From positions 540,024-604,023 of the forward strand of contig CBDHFO010000017.1 of NCBI GenBank assembly GCA_965262645.1: a stretch of DNA of 64,000 nucleotides, read 5' to 3'. Under the pieces are notes generated by a model. The model was not told the DNA's origin, made no database searches, and saw only the letters and a list, made by a program, of their open reading frames with translations. Below, in pieces: positions 10,066 through 19,711 of this stretch (position 1 is the stretch's first letter; every line of letters starts with the position of its first letter). Origin of the DNA: Candidatus Marinacidobacterium sp. GTDB taxonomy: Bacteria > Acidobacteriota > Vicinamibacteria > Marinacidobacterales > Marinacidobacteraceae. A program made the translations under genes and the position numbers.

Positions 10066-10464
10066 ATGAAACAGCTATTCAGCCAACACCAGGACACCGC
10101 GTATGCGCTTATGCGCATCGTGGCCGGCTTCTTGTTCTTCTGTCACGGCGCCCAAAAGCTCTTCGGAGTCATGGGCGGGACGCAACATGAACTGATGTCC
10201 CTGCTCGGACTCGCGGGCGTAATCGAAACCGTCGCCGGCCTCGCGATCATGCTCGGCCTCATGACCGGCATCGCCGCCTTTATCAGCAGCGGCCAGATGG
10301 CGGTCGCTTACTTCATGGCGCATCAGTTCCGCACCGACGAAGCCGGAATGATGCTCGGCTGGTTCCCCATCGAGAACATGGGCGAACGGGCCGTGCTCTT
10401 CTGCTTCGTGTTCCTGTTCATCGCGATGACCGGCGCGGGGAAGTGGAGCGTGGACAACCGCTGA
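10066..10464 (+). CDS. DoxX-family membrane protein
   Basis: Internal ATG preceded by AGGAGGAAGG. MKQLFSQHQDTAYALMRIVAGFLFFCHGAQKLFG is the DoxX signature. Confidence 0.8.
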   Translation: MKQLFSQHQDTAYALMRIVAGFLFFCHGAQKLFGVMGGTQHELMSLLGLAGVIETVAGLAIMLGLMTGIAAFISSGQMAVAYFMAHQFRTDEAGMMLGWFPIENMGERAVLFCFVFLFIAMTGAGKWSVDNR

Positions 10465-10772
10465 CCCTCCTGACTCTGAACACCATCCCGGCCTGATTCC
10501 CGTCGGCCGGCCCGTCAGCCGGGATCTCCGGTGCGGAGAGGCGAAAACCTTTCCGTGCCGGTCGCGCCCGGCTTCAAGGTGCGACGCAACATCGGCCCGT
10601 CGGATCGCTCACCTGAGGCTTGGCAGGCTTCTGCCACCGGAGCGGCGGCAACCGCCTGGCGCGGTGCTTTCGCTCTCCCGAGCCGGGTTGCGGCCGGAGA
10701 CGGCGCCAGCCGCGCCGGGTTGGACGCGCCGCGTTGGGCGAACCGGGTTGGGCGAACGGGGTTCGGGCCGGG

Positions 10773-11177
10773 TCAGCGCCGGCGGCGGCGGCGGCGCTGC
10801 ACGACCTGCACCTGGTCCGGTTCGGTGACGCCGATGAAAAGCTGATCGTTCTCCTGCATGACCTCGCCGGTGATTTGCAGGTTCCGTCCCTCGTAGCGCT
10901 TCACCGGATCCAGTTCCTTCCACAGGTGCACATGGGTTTCGGGGATGAGGGCCAGGAAACCGGACGGGAAGGTGATCCGAACGCCGGTGCCGCGGATCAG
11001 CCGCACATCGAGGGCTCGACCCCCGACGGTGATCTCCTCGCCGACGTGATCGGGGCCCACCTCTCCGACCCCCACAACCTCCACCTCTTCCTCGGCCGGG
11101 GGATCCTGCGCGAACGCCGCGGGGGTGATCAGGACCGCAAACGCGGACGCAGCCGCGAGTTTGAAGCGGAATCTCAT
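10773..11177 (-). CDS. Secreted OB-fold-like (BOF/YgiW-like) small protein with C-terminal hepta-arginine tail
   Basis: 134 aa. Signal peptide MRFRFKLAAASAFAVLITPAAFAQDPP, then ...ITGEV...FIGVTEPDQVQVVQRRRRRRR. Paralog of 11460..11888. Confidence 0.55.
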   Translation of the reverse strand: MRFRFKLAAASAFAVLITPAAFAQDPPAEEEVEVVGVGEVGPDHVGEEITVGGRALDVRLIRGTGVRITFPSGFLALIPETHVHLWKELDPVKRYEGRNLQITGEVMQENDQLFIGVTEPDQVQVVQRRRRRRR

Positions 11178-11459
11178 GGCAGCCTCCTCGGTCGGCCCCT
11201 TCGTGGCGGCGGCCGGGAGAACCGCGCGAGCCAGCCGGGACCAGCGCCGTACCTCTTTTAGCGAGAAGCGGGCTCCCAAGTCAATAGGCGACTTGGAAAG
11301 GGGCCTCCTCGGCCCCCCGAGCAACCCATTTCCGGCCCGCCCGCGCCGGCACGGTGGAACCGTGCGGATGCGCTCAGTGCGGAGTCCCGGACCGCTGGCA
11401 GCGCTCAAACCGGGGACGGCGCCGGCCGCGCCGGTCGCCGGAACCAGGTTCGGATCGGG

Positions 11460-11888
11460 TCAGCGCCTCCGGCGGCGGCGTTGCCGGGGAATGATCTCGA
11501 TCTGACTGCGCTCAGTCACCTTGATGAACGGCAACTCGCTCTGCTCCTCGACCTCGCCGGTGATCTTGAGAATGCGCCCCCTGGCGTAGACCTTTACGGG
11601 GTCGGTTCCCTCCCAGTCGCCGAGATTCGCCCGCGGGATGTACACCCGGAAGGGGTACTCGATGTGGGTCCTGTCGAAGTGGATGGTGACGCCCTGAACG
11701 GGGTTGGCCTCGGTTCTCGCGATGCGTCCCCGGACGACCAGCGACTCGCCAACCTGCTCGAGCGTGATCTCATGCGGCGCCACGAACACCTCTTCCTCGG
11801 CAGGAGGATCTTGCGCGAACGCCGCAGGCGCGATCAGGAAAGCGAACCCGAACGCCACAGCGGCCGGGACGGTCAAGCGTGGTCTCAT
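11460..11888 (-). CDS. Secreted OB-fold-like small protein with C-terminal hexa-arginine tail (paralog)
   Basis: 142 aa. MRPRLTVPAAVAFGFAFLIAPAAFAQDPPAEEEV...KITGEVEEQSELPFIKVTERSQIEIIPRQRRRRRR. Same architecture and signal peptide as the neighbour. Confidence 0.55.
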   Translation of the reverse strand: MRPRLTVPAAVAFGFAFLIAPAAFAQDPPAEEEVFVAPHEITLEQVGESLVVRGRIARTEANPVQGVTIHFDRTHIEYPFRVYIPRANLGDWEGTDPVKVYARGRILKITGEVEEQSELPFIKVTERSQIEIIPRQRRRRRR

Positions 11889-12103
11889 AACAGCCTCCTC
11901 TGGCAACCCTTTCGTGGCGTGACGGACGAGACACCGTTTGAGCCAAACCGGGGCCGACGCTGTGTGTTTGTAACAAGATTTCGGCCCCTTAGTCAAAGGG
12001 CGGCCCGGAACCGGGCGTTCCGATCGCCCGGGGACCCCCCCGGAGATCCGGTTGCCGTGGCCCCAACCGGTTCCTGCGACCCTCCCGGAGAGCCGTCAGA
12101 GTG

Positions 12104-12820
12104 TCAGTGCAGCGTCTCGGAGCGGCGGCGCTGATCCCCGTCGTAGCGACCGAACCGAGCCCGCCGCCGCCGCCGCTTGAGATCGTTCCACAGGAGGCCC
12201 AGGCGGGACTGTCGCCGCGGAATCAGGCCGTCGCGCCGCAGCAGGACATACCCCACGACGAGTCCCCCGAGGTGAGCGATGTGGGAGACCCCATCGGATG
12301 TCGCCGAAAGGGAGCCCGCCAACGAAATAAAGCCGAACAGGATCACCATGTGGCGGGCGCTCATCGGCAGGATTCCGAGCAGATAGACCTGAGCCGACGG
12401 GAACAGGAGCCCGAAAGCCAGCAGCAGGCCGTACACCGCTCCCGAAGCGCCGATATGCAGCGCATCGAAGAACGCCGGCAGCGGCAGCAAGGCGAAGAGT
12501 CCCGCCCCGACCCCGCAGACCAGGTAGTAGCGGATGAAGCGGCGCCGGCCCCAGACCTGCTCGAGCTGCGACCCGAACATGTACAGCACGAACATGTTCA
12601 TCAGCAGGTGGAACAAACCCCCGTGCAGGAACATGTAGGTGAAGAGACGCCAGACCTCGAGCGAGAGGACCGCGGGCGGATAGAGGCCCAAAAACACGGT
12701 GACGGCCGGAAACACCAACTGCACCAGATAGACCCCGCCCGTAATCAGGATGAGTTGCTTCACGCCCGGCGGCATGGTGCCGGCCCCGAAGAGGGCACCG
12801 GTTCGGGAGCTGCGGTACAC
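12104..12820 (-). CDS. Rhomboid-family intramembrane serine protease
   Basis: GASGAVYG catalytic Ser motif, downstream HLGG His, 6-7 TM segments. Alternative start at the M16 MPPGVK. Confidence 0.8.
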   Translation of the reverse strand: MYRSSRTGALFGAGTMPPGVKQLILITGGVYLVQLVFPAVTVFLGLYPPAVLSLEVWRLFTYMFLHGGLFHLLMNMFVLYMFGSQLEQVWGRRRFIRYYLVCGVGAGLFALLPLPAFFDALHIGASGAVYGLLLAFGLLFPSAQVYLLGILPMSARHMVILFGFISLAGSLSATSDGVSHIAHLGGLVVGYVLLRRDGLIPRRQSRLGLLWNDLKRRRRRARFGRYDGDQRRRSETLH

Positions 12821-12825
12821 GCTCG

Positions 12826-15675
12826 CTAGGAAGCGCGCCGGGCCGCGGGCGCCGGCCTCAGAATCTCACGCAGATAACGCCCGGTCCAGGATTCGGTGTT
12901 CCGGGCCACCGCCTCCGGGGTCCCGCAGACGACGACCTCGCCGCCGCGACCCCCGCCGTCGGGGCCGAGATCCACGAGGTAGTCGGCCGTCTTGATCACG
13001 TCCAGGTTGTGTTCGATCACGACCACCGTGTTCCCGGCGTCCACCAGCCGGTCCAGGACCCGGAGCAGACGGGCGATGTCGTCGAAATGGAGCCCGGTGG
13101 TGGGCTCGTCGAGGATGTAGAGGGTGTCGCCGGTGGACCGCTTCGCAAGTTCGCGCGAGAGCTTGACCCGCTGCGCCTCCCCTCCCGAAAGGGTCGGGGA
13201 CGGTTGTCCCAGCCGGATGTAGCCGAGTCCCACATCCTGGAGCGTCTCGAGAATGTGCAGGATGCCGGGCTGGGACCGGAACACGGTGACGGCTTCGCTG
13301 ACCGTGAGGTCGAGCACCTCGGCGATGGACCGGCCCTGGTATCGAACCGTGAGCGTCTGGTCGTTGAAACGCCGTCCGCCGCACACCTGGCAGGACACGA
13401 AGACATCGGCCAGAAAATGCATTTCCACCCGGATCACCCCGTCTCCGTGGCAGTGCTCGCAACGCCCGCCCGGCACGTTGAAGGAGAAGCGCCCCGGGCG
13501 ATACCCCTGGGCGCGTGCCGCCGGCAGAGCGGCGAAGAGCGAGCGGATGCCGTCGAAAACCTTCGTGTAGGTGGCCGGGTTGGAACGCGGGGTGCGGCCG
13601 ATGGGGGACTGGTCGATGTCCACCACCCTTCCGACGCGTTCCATCCCCTCGATGCGGGAGTGCGGACCTACCGGACGCTCCGAGCGGTGGAGCGCGCGGG
13701 CGAGCGCCCGGTAGAGAACCTCGTACACGAGGGTGCTCTTGCCCGCGCCGGAGACTCCGGTCACGCAGGTGAAGGCTCCGAGCGGAATCCGGACATCCAC
13801 TTCCTTCAGGTTGTTCGCGCGAGCCCCGACGATCCGGACGGAATGCGGCGAAGCGCGCCGGCGGGGCGGGACGGGGATCTCGAGATCTCCCCGGAGATAG
13901 CGTCCGGTGAGGGATTTCGGATCGTTCCGGATCTGCTCCGGAGACCCCTCGGCCACCACTTCCCCGCCGTAAACCCCAGCCCCCGGGCCGAAGTCCAGCA
14001 CGTGGTCCGCGGACTCGATGGTCTCCCGGTCGTGCTCCACGACCACCACGGTGTTCCCGATGTCCCGCAGCCGATGCAGCGCTTTCAGGAGCTTCCCGTT
14101 GTCGCGTGGGTGCAGGCCGATGGACGGCTCGTCGAGGATGTAGATGACCCCCGTGAGCTCCGAGCCGATCTGGCTGGCCAGCCGGATGCGCTGGGACTCG
14201 CCGCCCGAGAGGCTGGGCGCCAGGCGATCGAGCGAGAGGTAGCCGAGCCCCACGTCGGCGAGAAAACGGAGTCGATTCCGGATTTCCTTGAGGAGTTCGG
14301 CGCCGATGACCAGCGCCGTGCCCTCGAGCGCCAGGCTCCCCATCAGGTCGAGAGCATCCTCGATGGCCATCGAGGAGATATCCGCGATGGTCCGGCCGTC
14401 CACCGTGACCGCGAGCGCCTCGGGACGCAAACGCGTGCCGCCACAGGCGCGGCAGGCGCGGCTCGAGAAGAAGCGCGTGTAATAGCGCCGCGCCCGGTCG
14501 GAGGAGGTTTCCCGCATCCGGCGGGTGAGCAGGTTGAGCACTCCCTCCCATTGCACCGGTCGGGAACTTCGCTGGTAATTGACGGGAATCCGCTCGCGGC
14601 CGGCGCCGGACAGCAGGATCTTCCGCTTGGCGGCGGCGAGACGCTCCCACGGGCGGTCGAGATCCACCTCGAACCGCTTCGCCACCCCCCGAATCACCGT
14701 CGCCTCCCAGCCGTCCTTCTCGGCGAACCGGCCCCAAAACGCCACCGCGCCCTCGTTGATGCTCAGGCGCGGATCGGGGACCACGAGGTCCTCGTCCACC
14801 TCGCCGCGGGCGCCGAGGCCGTTGCACTCCTTGCACATGCCCTGGGGGCTGTTGAAGGAGAAGAGCTGTGGAGAAAGCTCGGGGAATCCGATGCCGCAAC
14901 TCGGGCAGCCGTTCTTTTCGGAGAAGACCCGGTCCCGGGACTCCCCTTCGACCGCCGCGATCACGATGCCGTCCCCCTCGCGAAGCGCGGTCTCGACCGA
15001 ATCGGTGACCCGTCCCCGCCATTCCTCGCCGGCCGGCTCCTTGCGGCTCAGCCGGTCCACCACGATCTCCACGTTGTGCTTCTTTCGCTTCTCGAGGGCC
15101 TCGACTTCCTCGATGAGCTGGACCTCCCCGTCGATCCGCGCCCGGGAAAAGCCGCGGCGCAGGATGGTCTCCAGGGTGGAGCGGAACTCGCCCCGGCGGT
15201 TCTCGAGCACCGGCGCGAGGAGCAGGAACCGCGAGCCGGCCGGGAGATTCGCGAGTTCCTCGACGATCTCCTGGGCGGTCTGCGGGCTGACTGCCCGGCC
15301 GCAGCGAGGACAGTGGGCGACCCCGACCCGGGCGAAGAGCACCCGCAGGTAGTCGGAAATCTCCGTGATGGTCCCGACCGTGGAGCGGGGATTGTGGCTG
15401 GCCGACTTCTGATCGACCGAGATTGTCGGAGAGAGCCCCTGGATCGTGTCGTAGAGCGGCTTGTCCATCTGCCCGAGGAACTGCCGGGCGTAGCTGGACA
15501 GCGATTCGACGTAGCGACGCTGACCTTCGGCGTAGAGGGTGTCGAGCGCCAGCGACGACTTTCCCGACCCGGAGACCCCGCTCAGAACGACGAGGCGCTT
15601 CTTCGGAATACGAACGGTAATGTTCTTGAGATTGTGCTGCCTGGCGCCCCGCACCACGATGCGGTCGGGCTCCAT
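12826..15675 (-). CDS. uvrA: Excinuclease ABC subunit A
   Basis: 949 aa with duplicated ABC ATPase, [12 protein letters not shown] Walker A, zinc fingers. Unmistakable UvrA. Confidence 0.95.
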   Translation of the reverse strand: MEPDRIVVRGARQHNLKNITVRIPKKRLVVLSGVSGSGKSSLALDTLYAEGQRRYVESLSSYARQFLGQMDKPLYDTIQGLSPTISVDQKSASHNPRSTVGTITEISDYLRVLFARVGVAHCPRCGRAVSPQTAQEIVEELANLPAGSRFLLLAPVLENRRGEFRSTLETILRRGFSRARIDGEVQLIEEVEALEKRKKHNVEIVVDRLSRKEPAGEEWRGRVTDSVETALREGDGIVIAAVEGESRDRVFSEKNGCPSCGIGFPELSPQLFSFNSPQGMCKECNGLGARGEVDEDLVVPDPRLSINEGAVAFWGRFAEKDGWEATVIRGVAKRFEVDLDRPWERLAAAKRKILLSGAGRERIPVNYQRSSRPVQWEGVLNLLTRRMRETSSDRARRYYTRFFSSRACRACGGTRLRPEALAVTVDGRTIADISSMAIEDALDLMGSLALEGTALVIGAELLKEIRNRLRFLADVGLGYLSLDRLAPSLSGGESQRIRLASQIGSELTGVIYILDEPSIGLHPRDNGKLLKALHRLRDIGNTVVVVEHDRETIESADHVLDFGPGAGVYGGEVVAEGSPEQIRNDPKSLTGRYLRGDLEIPVPPRRRASPHSVRIVGARANNLKEVDVRIPLGAFTCVTGVSGAGKSTLVYEVLYRALARALHRSERPVGPHSRIEGMERVGRVVDIDQSPIGRTPRSNPATYTKVFDGIRSLFAALPAARAQGYRPGRFSFNVPGGRCEHCHGDGVIRVEMHFLADVFVSCQVCGGRRFNDQTLTVRYQGRSIAEVLDLTVSEAVTVFRSQPGILHILETLQDVGLGYIRLGQPSPTLSGGEAQRVKLSRELAKRSTGDTLYILDEPTTGLHFDDIARLLRVLDRLVDAGNTVVVIEHNLDVIKTADYLVDLGPDGGGRGGEVVVCGTPEAVARNTESWTGRYLREILRPAPAARRAS

Positions 15676-15689
15676 GGACTGTTCCGGGA

Positions 15690-16090
15690 GTCTAAAGGTT
15701 GGGAACGCCGGCCAGTCCTCCCGGTGGGGGCGCAGGAGCGCCGGTCTTCAGACCGGCATCGCTCCCCACAGGGGAGCGAAACTCCCGTCGCCAGTCCCCG
15801 CATGGCGCAGCCGGCAACGAGGACGGCGCAACGCAATCCCGCCCCGGAACGCCGGTCTTCAGGCCCCCTTGCATTCTCATGGAGAGTCCACCGGGAGAAC
15901 TGGCCAGCATCGCGGCCGCAGGCCGCGAAACTCCCGTCGCCAGTCCCCGCATGGCCTGGCAAAACCCCAGGAACGCTGGCGCGTTCTTCCGGTGGAGGTC
16001 GGCGCCGCGGCCCGACAGGGCCGCGAAACCGCGTACCGCCGCGCGCCTGCGTGGCGGCCCTCTGAATGACGTCGGCGACGCCAAAGCCCA
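15690..16090. repeat. Composite repeat-rich intergenic region (internal 30-bp direct repeat CGAAACTCCCGTCGCCAGTCCCCGCATGGC x2; shares the TTCAGACCGGCATCGCT family with 39510-39620)
   Basis: Seen directly. Shares the TCCTCCCGGTGGGGG motif with other dispersed repeats. Confidence 0.6.
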
Positions 16091-16136
16091 ATAAACTCTT
16101 GGCTCCGTCCAACTCCGAAAGGCCCTCCCCGCACCC

Positions 16137-17069
16137 ATGAACAACTCCTCCGCCATCGGCTACGACCAGCCGCTCTTCATCCAGCCCTTCGACCACCGGG
16201 GCAGCTTCACGAAGTCTTTTTTCGGCTTCCGCGGCACCCCGGAAATCTCTCCCGGCAGCGACCGATTCGCGCCGGTGGCGGCGGCGAAGAGCCTGATCTA
16301 TCGCGGCCTCCTCCAGGCGATCGAGGGCGGCGTTCCCAAGGAGCAGGTGGGGATCCTGGTGGACGCCCAGTTCGGCAGCCAGATCCTGGCCGACGCCGCC
16401 GCCCGGGGGATCCCGCGGGCGGTATGCATCGAAAAGAGCGGCCAGCCGGTATTCGACTTCGAGTACGGCGCGGGGTGGGTGAACCACATCCGCTTTCACC
16501 GGCCGGACATCGTGAAGGTGCTGGTCCGCCTCCACCCCGACGACCCCGCGGCCGATACCGCGCGGCAACTCACCCGGCTCAAGCTCGCGTCGGACTACCT
16601 GCACGGCCCGGAACGGCGCCTGTTCATGTTCGAGCTGCTGGTGCCGGCCACCACCGACGAGGACAAGGAAGCGGGTACGGCCTACGACCGTGACCTCCGC
16701 CCCGGCCACATGGTGCGCGCGATCCACCTGATTCAGGACTTCGGCATCGAACCGGACATCTGGAAGATCGAAGGAGTGGACCGCGGAGAGGACGCCGAGC
16801 GGGTCGCGGCGGCGGTTCGCAGCGGACCCGGCCGGGAGCGGGTCGGCTCCATCGTCCTGGGGCGCGGCTCCGATGCTGCACAGGTCCACGAGTGGCTGCG
16901 GGTAGCCGCCCCGGTGGACGGCTTCATCGGCTTCGCCGTCGGCCGCACCAACTTCCGCGAACCGCTGGGTTCGCACCTCTCCGGCCAGCTCGACGAGGCG
17001 GACGCCATCGCACAGATCGCCGCCAACTACCGAGCCTGCGTGGACACCTGGCGCGCCGCCCGCGGCTGA
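16137..17069 (+). CDS. DUF2090-family protein (aldolase-like domain found fused to IolC in inositol catabolism)
   Basis: 310 aa. N-terminus GYDQPLFIQPFDHRGSF recalls DUF2090. Confidence 0.5.
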   Translation: MNNSSAIGYDQPLFIQPFDHRGSFTKSFFGFRGTPEISPGSDRFAPVAAAKSLIYRGLLQAIEGGVPKEQVGILVDAQFGSQILADAAARGIPRAVCIEKSGQPVFDFEYGAGWVNHIRFHRPDIVKVLVRLHPDDPAADTARQLTRLKLASDYLHGPERRLFMFELLVPATTDEDKEAGTAYDRDLRPGHMVRAIHLIQDFGIEPDIWKIEGVDRGEDAERVAAAVRSGPGRERVGSIVLGRGSDAAQVHEWLRVAAPVDGFIGFAVGRTNFREPLGSHLSGQLDEADAIAQIAANYRACVDTWRAARG

Positions 17070-17354
17070 CACCAGCGCGGGCGGAAACACCCGCCGGATC
17101 GGGATGCCGGCCAACGCAGGAGATCCTGGTGGGCCGGCCGGTACGAGCTGAAACCCTGCGGAGCCAGCACCACTTCAGGATTGATCGGGCCGCGGACACT
17201 CTGGTAGGTTGCGCGATCCGCGCCCCGCGGGGACGGCGGGCCTTGGGAGGCTTCGGCCTCCGGTATCAACGTGCGTAAAGTACGTTTTGTCCCTTGAGGA
17301 CCGTGCCACCAAAGAGTGGCCAATGCCGCCCGTCGTCCCCTCGGGGGCGCCGGA

Positions 17355-18836
17355 TCAGCCAGCGCCCGGGCGTTCGCTGGCGGACCGGGCTGCTTCGACC
17401 AGCGCCGCCACCCGGCCCACGGTTTCCTCGAGGGTGAGATCGCTGGTGTCCAGCAGGTGCGCATCCCGGGCCCGGCGGAGCGGAGCCACCGCTCGGCCGG
17501 CATCCGTGTCGTCCCGGCGATGGAGTTCCGACTGGACCGCCCCTACGTCGCGGTCCCCCTCGTCGGAGGAGCGGCGGCGCGCTCGCACGTCGGGGCTCGC
17601 GTCCAGAAAGACCTTCACCGGCGCTTCGGGGAAGACCACGGTGCCGATATCCCGGCCTTCGACGACGCCCCCCACTGCTGCGGCCTGGCGCCAGCGCTCG
17701 ACCAGAACTTCGCGCAGCTCGGGATGGACGGCGACCCGGGAGGCCCCGGCGGATACCTCCGGCTCGCGGACCGCAAGGGACACGTCTTCCCCGTCGAGGA
17801 ACACGCGGCCCTCCCGATCGAGAATCACGCGATAGGCGAGAGTCCGCAGCGAGAGGCCGTCATCGAGCTCCAGGTCCTGCCGCATCGCGGCCAGCGCGAC
17901 CGCCCGCACCGACGCACCGGTGTTGAAGTAGGCAAAACCGAACCGCTCGGCAACCGCCCGGGCCACCGAGGTCTTGCCGGAGCCCGCCGGCCCGTCGATC
18001 GCGACGACGAAGGCCGCGGTCGGAATGGGGGTGGGGGGGCCGGGCGGTTCGGTACCCGACGACGTCCCGGCAGTCGCTGCTTCCCCCGAACACCGCTGGA
18101 TCAACTCCCGCAGTTCCTCCACCTCACCCGCATCCAGCTTGCGCCAGCTCCCCGGGGTGAGCCCGATGTCGGCAAGACAACCGATCCGCGTGCGGTGCAA
18201 TTCGAGGACCGGATGGCCCAGGACACTCAGCACCCGCCGGATCTCCCGGTTCCGGCCACCCAGCAGGGTGACCCGGAGCCGGGCGCGGCGCTTCGATTCA
18301 GCGCGGTGCGGGAAACGGGCGATGACCTCGATCGCATCGAGCTTCAGCCCCTGGCCATCCACCCGGACTCCGCGCTGCGCCCGATCGAGCACCTCTTCCT
18401 CGGGAAGCCCGCGGACGGTGACGTAGTAGGTCTTGGGCAACCGGTAGCGGGGATGGGTGACCCGCTGGGCGAGTTCCCCATCGTCGGTCAGCAACACCAG
18501 CCCCGAACTGTTGCCGTCGAGCCGGCCGACCGGAACGAGCGAGCGGAACGAATGGGGAAGAAGATCCATCACCGTGGGCCGGCGCGCGGGATCCGACCGG
18601 GTCGTGAGATGGCCGAGGGGTTTGTTGAGAACCACGTACCGCCGAGGCTTGGTGCGGCTGCGGAGCCGCGTCCCGTCCACCCGGATGTCACTGAGCGCCG
18701 GGTCCGCCCGCACCCCCGGAACCCGAACCACCTCACCGTCCACGGTGACCCGGCCTTCGGCGATCATCTGCTCCGCGCTGCGGCGCGAGGCGATCCCGGC
18801 GGCCGCAATCACTTTCTGGAGCCGCTCCGCCGTCAT
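17355..18836 (-). CDS. rluB-cmk: Fusion protein: 23S rRNA pseudouridine synthase RluB (S4 domain + RsuA-type catalytic domain) fused in frame to cytidylate kinase
   Basis: 493 aa from the internal ATG. MTAERLQKVIAAAGIASRRSAEQMI (S4), VGRLDGNSSGLVLLTDDG (catalytic Asp). A Pro/Thr linker runs straight into FVVAIDGPAGSGKTS...NTGASVRA (Cmk) with no stop or start between them. The 210-codon extension of the ORF to 19466 is spurious. Confidence 0.75.
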   Translation of the reverse strand: MTAERLQKVIAAAGIASRRSAEQMIAEGRVTVDGEVVRVPGVRADPALSDIRVDGTRLRSRTKPRRYVVLNKPLGHLTTRSDPARRPTVMDLLPHSFRSLVPVGRLDGNSSGLVLLTDDGELAQRVTHPRYRLPKTYYVTVRGLPEEEVLDRAQRGVRVDGQGLKLDAIEVIARFPHRAESKRRARLRVTLLGGRNREIRRVLSVLGHPVLELHRTRIGCLADIGLTPGSWRKLDAGEVEELRELIQRCSGEAATAGTSSGTEPPGPPTPIPTAAFVVAIDGPAGSGKTSVARAVAERFGFAYFNTGASVRAVALAAMRQDLELDDGLSLRTLAYRVILDREGRVFLDGEDVSLAVREPEVSAGASRVAVHPELREVLVERWRQAAAVGGVVEGRDIGTVVFPEAPVKVFLDASPDVRARRRSSDEGDRDVGAVQSELHRRDDTDAGRAVAPLRRARDAHLLDTSDLTLEETVGRVAALVEAARSASERPGAG

Positions 18837-19510
18837 TCCGAGCCGTCTCCGCTTCCGGTACCGGCGCCGCGCCCGGCAGCGGTCTCCGGCTCCGCCGCGC
18901 TGCCCCCCGGCGGCGCCGGAACGGCCGCCACCAGTGCATCCTCGAACTCGCGGAGTTTCGGAAGATCCTCCAGCCGATCCAGTTCGAACCGCTCCAGGAA
19001 CTCCTTTGTCGTCCCGTAGAGGAGCGGACGTCCCACCACCTGCTTGCGTCCCCGGGAGCGGATCAGGCGATGTTTCATGAGCGTGGCGATGACGCTTTGG
19101 GAGTTCACGCCGCGAATCGCGTTCAACTCGGGCACGGTGATCGGTTGCCGGTAAGCGATTACCGACAGCGCCTCGATCGCCGGCTCGGTGAGGGCCTGCT
19201 CCCGCTTCGGGGCCATGAGGCGCTCGATGGCCTCCCGCCATTCCATCCGGGTCGTGAGCTGGAAGCCCCCGGCAATCCGGGCCAGCCGAAGTCCGGAATC
19301 CGAGGCCGAATACCGAATCTCCAACTCGTCGAGGGCCGGCTGCACGGCCCCGGCGTCGGTGTCGAGCGCCTCCGCCAGCCGCTCGGCTGTCACCGGGGCG
19401 CCGTGAGAGAAGAGCAACGCCTCTAGCGCGGCCGCGAGATTCGGGGCGGCTTCGGTCGAAGCACACGCTCCCTCGGGAGCGTCATCGGGCTTTGGCGGGA
19501 CATCCGACAA
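18833..19510 (-). CDS. scpB: Segregation and condensation protein B
   Basis: ScpB tandem wHTH (LAAALEALLFSHGAPVTAERLAEAL...). Probable TTG start (LSDVPPKPDD) just inside the edge of a MITE. 4-nt overlap with rluB-cmk. Confidence 0.8.
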   Translation of the reverse strand: MSDVPPKPDDAPEGACASTEAAPNLAAALEALLFSHGAPVTAERLAEALDTDAGAVQPALDELEIRYSASDSGLRLARIAGGFQLTTRMEWREAIERLMAPKREQALTEPAIEALSVIAYRQPITVPELNAIRGVNSQSVIATLMKHRLIRSRGRKQVVGRPLLYGTTKEFLERFELDRLEDLPKLREFEDALVAAVPAPPGGSAAEPETAAGRGAGTGSGDGSE

Positions 19511-19515
19511 GGAAC

Positions 19516-19711
19516 TTAGCAGCCTGTGGACAAAGTGGCGTGAGCGCCGAGAGTGGCGAGGCGCCCGGCCGACAAGGCGCGATTCGGGCGGCATACCGGG
19601 TGCATTCCGACCGAATCGCAACGCCGAGCGTAGGGGCTCAGCCGGGATGGATCGCCGCTCGAGCCCCCACCGGGAGAACTGGGCCGCGTGACTGTGTTCA
19701 CCGGCTGCTAG
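19516..19711. mobile_element. MITE (TIR family CAGCCTGTGG/CCACAGGCTG, YTAR termini), copy between scpA and scpB
   Basis: ttagCAGCCTGTGGacaaagtggcgtgagcgccgag...caccggctgcTAG. The terminal TAG is the scpA stop codon. Confidence 0.7.

Noticed and set aside
12770-12790. Apparent single-base frame discrepancy between my reading of the printed sequence and the ORF-track protein for the rhomboid gene (and a similar ±1 offset near 62565)
   Set aside because: Most likely my own indexing error when reading the 60-column lines by eye. The ORF track is internally consistent at both ends of these genes, so no frameshift is claimed there.
13009-16065. 1018-aa plus-strand ORF, and 12866..15022 (718 aa, minus)
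   Set aside because: Both are alternative-frame or antisense shadows of uvrA. The proteins are Arg/Pro/Gly-rich low-complexity sequence, typical of out-of-frame translation of 70% GC DNA.
17355-19466. Full 703-aa extent of the rluB-cmk ORF
   Set aside because: The 5' 210 codons overlap scpB in a different frame and are Arg/Gly-rich nonsense. The gene starts at the ATG (MTAERLQ) at 18836, which overlaps the scpB stop by 4 nt.
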